Of a stretch of 51,762 nucleotides of DNA, positions 48,006 through 51,762 are shown piece by piece. Source of the stretch: Chiloscyllium plagiosum (Eukaryota); assembly GCF_004010195.1 (NCBI RefSeq), contig NC_057718.1:74444210-74495971 (forward strand), in the 5' to 3' direction. The translations under genes were made by a program, and so were the position numbers. Under the pieces are notes generated by a model. The model had not been told where the DNA came from. It worked only from the letters and a program-made list of their open reading frames with translations, and ran no database searches. Position 1 is the stretch's first letter; each line of letters begins with the position of its first letter.

Positions 48006-50380
48006 CTCAGGATCGTTCAACTTTCAGGAAAGATAGATGGAAAGCAAAGGGAGGTGGAGTAGTGATGCTGGTTAGGGAGGAGATTAACACAATAGTAAGG
48101 GAGGACATGAGCCTGGGCAAGGTGGAATCAGTATGGGTGGAGCTGTGGAACAGCAAAGGGAAAAAGACATCAATGGGACCTGTGTCCAGACCACCGCAAA
48201 GTAGTTGTGAAGTTGGGGATTGTATCAAACATGAAATTAGAGATGCATGTGGTAAGAGTAGAGCAGTTATTATGGGTGACTTTAATCTACATATTGATTG
48301 AACTAACCAAACTGGTAGCAATGCAATGGGTGAGGATTTCCTGGAATGTTTGAGTGATGGTTTCCTTGACCAATATGTCAAGAAACTGACTAGAGAGCAA
48401 GCCACACTAGACAGGTTATTATATAATGGCAGAAGATTAATTAACAACATTGTGGTGCAAGATCATTTGGGGAAGAATGACCATAGTATGGTAGGATTCT
48501 TCATTAAGATGGAGAATGACACAGTTAAATCTGAGACTAAGGTCCTGAACTTAAAGAAAGTTTTGATTGTATGAGGTAAGCATTGGCTAGGATAAGCTGG
48601 CCAAGGAAATTTAAGGTGTTGACGATGGTAGACATTTAAAGAACACATGGATGAACTTCAACAATTCTGGGTCTCCCTCCTACAGGAAGAATGTTGTGAA
48701 ACCTGAAAGGGTTCAGAGAAGATTTGCATTTCTATGAGTCTAGTTGTACATTCCTATCAGGTATACGAGTAAAACAAGGAAGATAGCTGAACCATGGCTA
48801 ATGAGCAAAATCAGGGATAGTATTACAGCCAAGGAGGAAGCAAATAAATTAGTCAGAAAAAGCAGCAAACCCGAGGACTAACAGAAATTTAAAATTCAGC
48901 AGAGGAAAACAAAGGGTTTAATTTGGATAGGGAAAATAGAATATTAAAGTAAATTTGCAGAAAACATAAAAACTGACAACAAAAGCTTCTATAGATATGT
49001 GAAGAGAAAAAGACCGGTGAAGACAAACGTTGGTCCCTGGCAGTTAGAATCAGATGTATTCATAATGGACAACAAAGTGATGGCAGACCAGTTGAATAAA
49101 TACTTTGGATCTGTCTTTACTAAGGAAGACATAAGTGACCTTCAGGAAATGCTAGGGGACAGAGGGTCAAGCATGAAGGTGGAACTGAGTAGACAATGGT
49201 GAATTGGTAGATGTTATGTATCTGAACTTTCAAAAGGCTTTTGACAAAATTCCACACAAGAGATTAGTAAGAAAAATTAATATGGTGTTGATATGGATAG
49301 AGAACTGGTTGGCAGTTAGGAAGCAGTTAGTATAAACCAGTCCTTTTCAGAGAGACAGGTAGTGACAAGTGGGGTGCCGTAGGGTTCAGCGCTGGGATCC
49401 CAGCTGTTCACAATATATATTAATGATTTAGATGAAGGCATTGAAATGACATATCTCCAAACTTACAGATGACACTTAGCTGGGTAGTAGTGTGTGCTGT
49501 GAGGAGGATGCTAAGAGGCTGCAGGGTTACTTGGACAGACTGGCTGAGTGGGCAATTACTTGGCAAATGCAACATAATGTGAATAAATGTGAGGATATCC
49601 ACTTTGTTCACAAAACAGGAAGCAGATTATTATCTGAATGGTGCAAGTTTAGAAAAAGGTGAGGTTCAATGAGACCTGGGTGTCATGGTGGATCAGTCGC
49701 TGAAGGTTGCCATGCAGGTGAAGCAGGCAGTGAGGAAAACTAATGGCATTTTGGCCGACATAGTGAGAGGATTTGAGTTTAGGAGTAGGGATGGCTTGCT
49801 GCAGTTATACAGGGCCTTGGTGAGGCCATACTTGAATATTGTGTGCAATTTTGCTTTCCTAGTCTGAGGAAGGACATTCTTTCTGTTGAGGGAGTCCAGA
49901 AAACCAGGTTGATTGCCGGGATGGCAGGACTGACATATAAAGAAAGACTGGATTGACTGGGTTTGTACTTGCTGGAATTTAGAAGAATGGGGGGATTGCA
50001 TAGGAACATATAAAATCCTATTGGGACTTGACAGGTTACATGCGGGAAGAATGTTCCCGATGTTGAGGAAGTCCAAAACAAGGGGTGACAGTCTAAGAAT
50101 AAGGAATAAGCCATTCAGGACTGAGACGAGGAAGAATTTTTTCACTCAGAGAGTTGTGAACCTGTGGAATTCTCTACCACAGGAAGCTGTTGGGGCCAGT
50201 TCATTAGATATATTCAAGAGGGAGCTGGACATGGCCCTTGCCGCGAAAGGGATCAAGGGTACAGACAGAAAGAGGCAATGAGGTAATGAAATTGTATGAG
50301 CAGCCATGATCATGTTGAATGGTAGCGCAGGCTCCAAGGGCCGAATAGCCTACTATTGCAACTATTTTCTATGTTTCTAT
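48006..50380 (+). mobile_element. CR1 ORF2 remnant (EN to tail)
   Basis: FRKDR..KGGGV, VIMGDFNLHID, LNKYFGSVFTKED, NFFTQRVVNLWNSLP; TTTCTATG tail. Confidence 0.9.
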
Positions 50381-50389
50381 ATATTATAT

Positions 50390-51103
50390 GGTAGGAACCT
50401 TGGAAGGACTAAGGATCAGACAGACCTTTGTGTTCTTGCCCACAGATCCTTTAAGGCAACATGGCAGTAGATAAGGTGATTAAAAGGCTCATTGAGTATT
50501 TGCATTTATTAGTCAAGGCATTGAGTAAAAAAAAGGTTATGATGAATCCTTGTAAGCTGGAATACTGTGTGAAGCTCTAGTCATCATACTAAGGAAAGAT
50601 GTGATTGTGATAGACAGGGTGCGAAGAAAATGCACCACGATGATGCCTGGAGTATTTCCTATAAAGAGAGATTAGATAGGTCAGAGTTGCTTTCCTTAGA
50701 GCACAGAAAGATGAGTGCGTGCCTGATTGAAGTGTACAAAGTTATGAGCAGCATCAGGGTTGGTAGGAAGAAACATTTGACGTTAGTAGAGAGGTCAATA
50801 ACCAGCAGCATAGATTTAATGACAAAGGCAGGAAGTTTAGAGAGGACTTAAGGAAGAGCCTATTCAACCAGAGAACAGTGGAACTCATTGCCTTAGAGGG
50901 TGAGAGAGACAGGAACCATCACAGCAATTAAAGAATATTTAGATGAACACATATAGAATATGAACAGAACATCGAAAGACATTGCACAAGCAATGAGTGC
51001 AGTGCTGGGAAGTGGGAGTGGAGTAGATTGATTCTTGAGTACCAGCACAGACATGATAGGCTGAAGGGTCTCTTTCAGTAGCTGGAAAATTGCATGATTC
51101 TAT
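50390..51103 (+). mobile_element. Decayed CR1 3' fragment
   Basis: SYKERLDRSELLSLE...LIEVYKVM. Confidence 0.8.
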
Positions 51104-51148
51104 ACCTTCAATTTTAATCTACTGAAAAACGCAGAACCTTGCAATGTT

Positions 51149-51258
51149 CTTTAGGGTGCAGGACCTGGAGTGTAGGGAGGTTGTAGCTTTAGGGTGCATG
51201 ACCTGGAGTGTAGGGAGGTTGTAGCTTTAGGGTGCAGGACCTGGAGTGTAGGGAGGTT
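51149..51258. repeat. 38-bp tandem repeat, about 2.9 copies
   Basis: CTTTAGGGTGCAGGACCTGGAGTGTAGGGAGGTTGTAG starting at 51149, 51187 and 51225. Confidence 0.92.
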
Positions 51259-51762
51259 AGGAACATGGCATCAATTTCAAAGGAGGGTGCCCGTAAACAG
51301 GAAAGTGGCTTGAAGTGTGTATACTTCAATGTAAGAAGTATACGAAATGAGGTAGGTGAATTTGCAGCGTGGGTTGGTACCTGGGACTTCGATGTTGTGG
51401 CTATTACGGAGACATGGGTAGAACAGGGACAGGATTGGCTGTTGCAGGTTCCAGGGTTTAAATGTTTTAGTAGGGGCAGAGGTGGGGGAAAAAGAGGGGG
51501 AGGTGTGGCATTGCTTGTCAAAGATAGTATTACAGCTGTGGAAAGGACGATGGATGAAGACTCGCCATCTGAGGTAGGTTAGGAATAGGAAAGGTGAGCT
51601 CACCCTGTTAGGAGATTTTTACAGGCCTCCTAATAGTCCTAGAAACGTAGAAGAAAAGATTGCGAGGATGATTCAAGAGAAGAGTGAAAGTAATAGGGTG
51701 GTTGTCATTGGGTCTTTAACTTTCCAGATATTGAATGGGAAAGCTATAGCTCGAGTTCGTTA
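51225..51762 (+). mobile_element. CR1 ORF2 endonuclease N-terminus (runs off window)
   Basis: LKCVYFNVRSIRN...DVVAITETW...RGGGVALLVKD; YRPPNS. Confidence 0.9.

Overview
Eukaryotic, gene-poor, repeat-saturated genomic DNA with four N-gaps. It is very likely from a shark or other cartilaginous fish, inferred from HE1-type V-SINEs, HER1-like CR1 LINEs and abundant Penelope-like elements. I found no intact host gene and no intact transposon ORF. Nearly all predicted ORFs are decayed retroelement fragments. Contents: (i) an old Gypsy LTR retrotransposon (1-7704, minus) with about 74% identical LTRs and several nested insertions; (ii) more than 20 CR1 fragments, two of them near full length with an ORF1 esterase; (iii) five HE1/V-SINEs plus one SINE tail; (iv) several Penelope-like (RT + GIY-YIG) remnants, plus short, often inverted pLTR-derived elements with 14-17 bp target-site duplications that mostly carry minimal hammerhead ribozyme cores with compensatory stem changes; (v) a clean 662-bp solo LTR with retrovirus-like TGAAG...CTTCA ends and a 4-bp TSD; (vi) two Harbinger-like Myb/SANT remnants. 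All coordinates, alignments and mismatch counts were made by eye.
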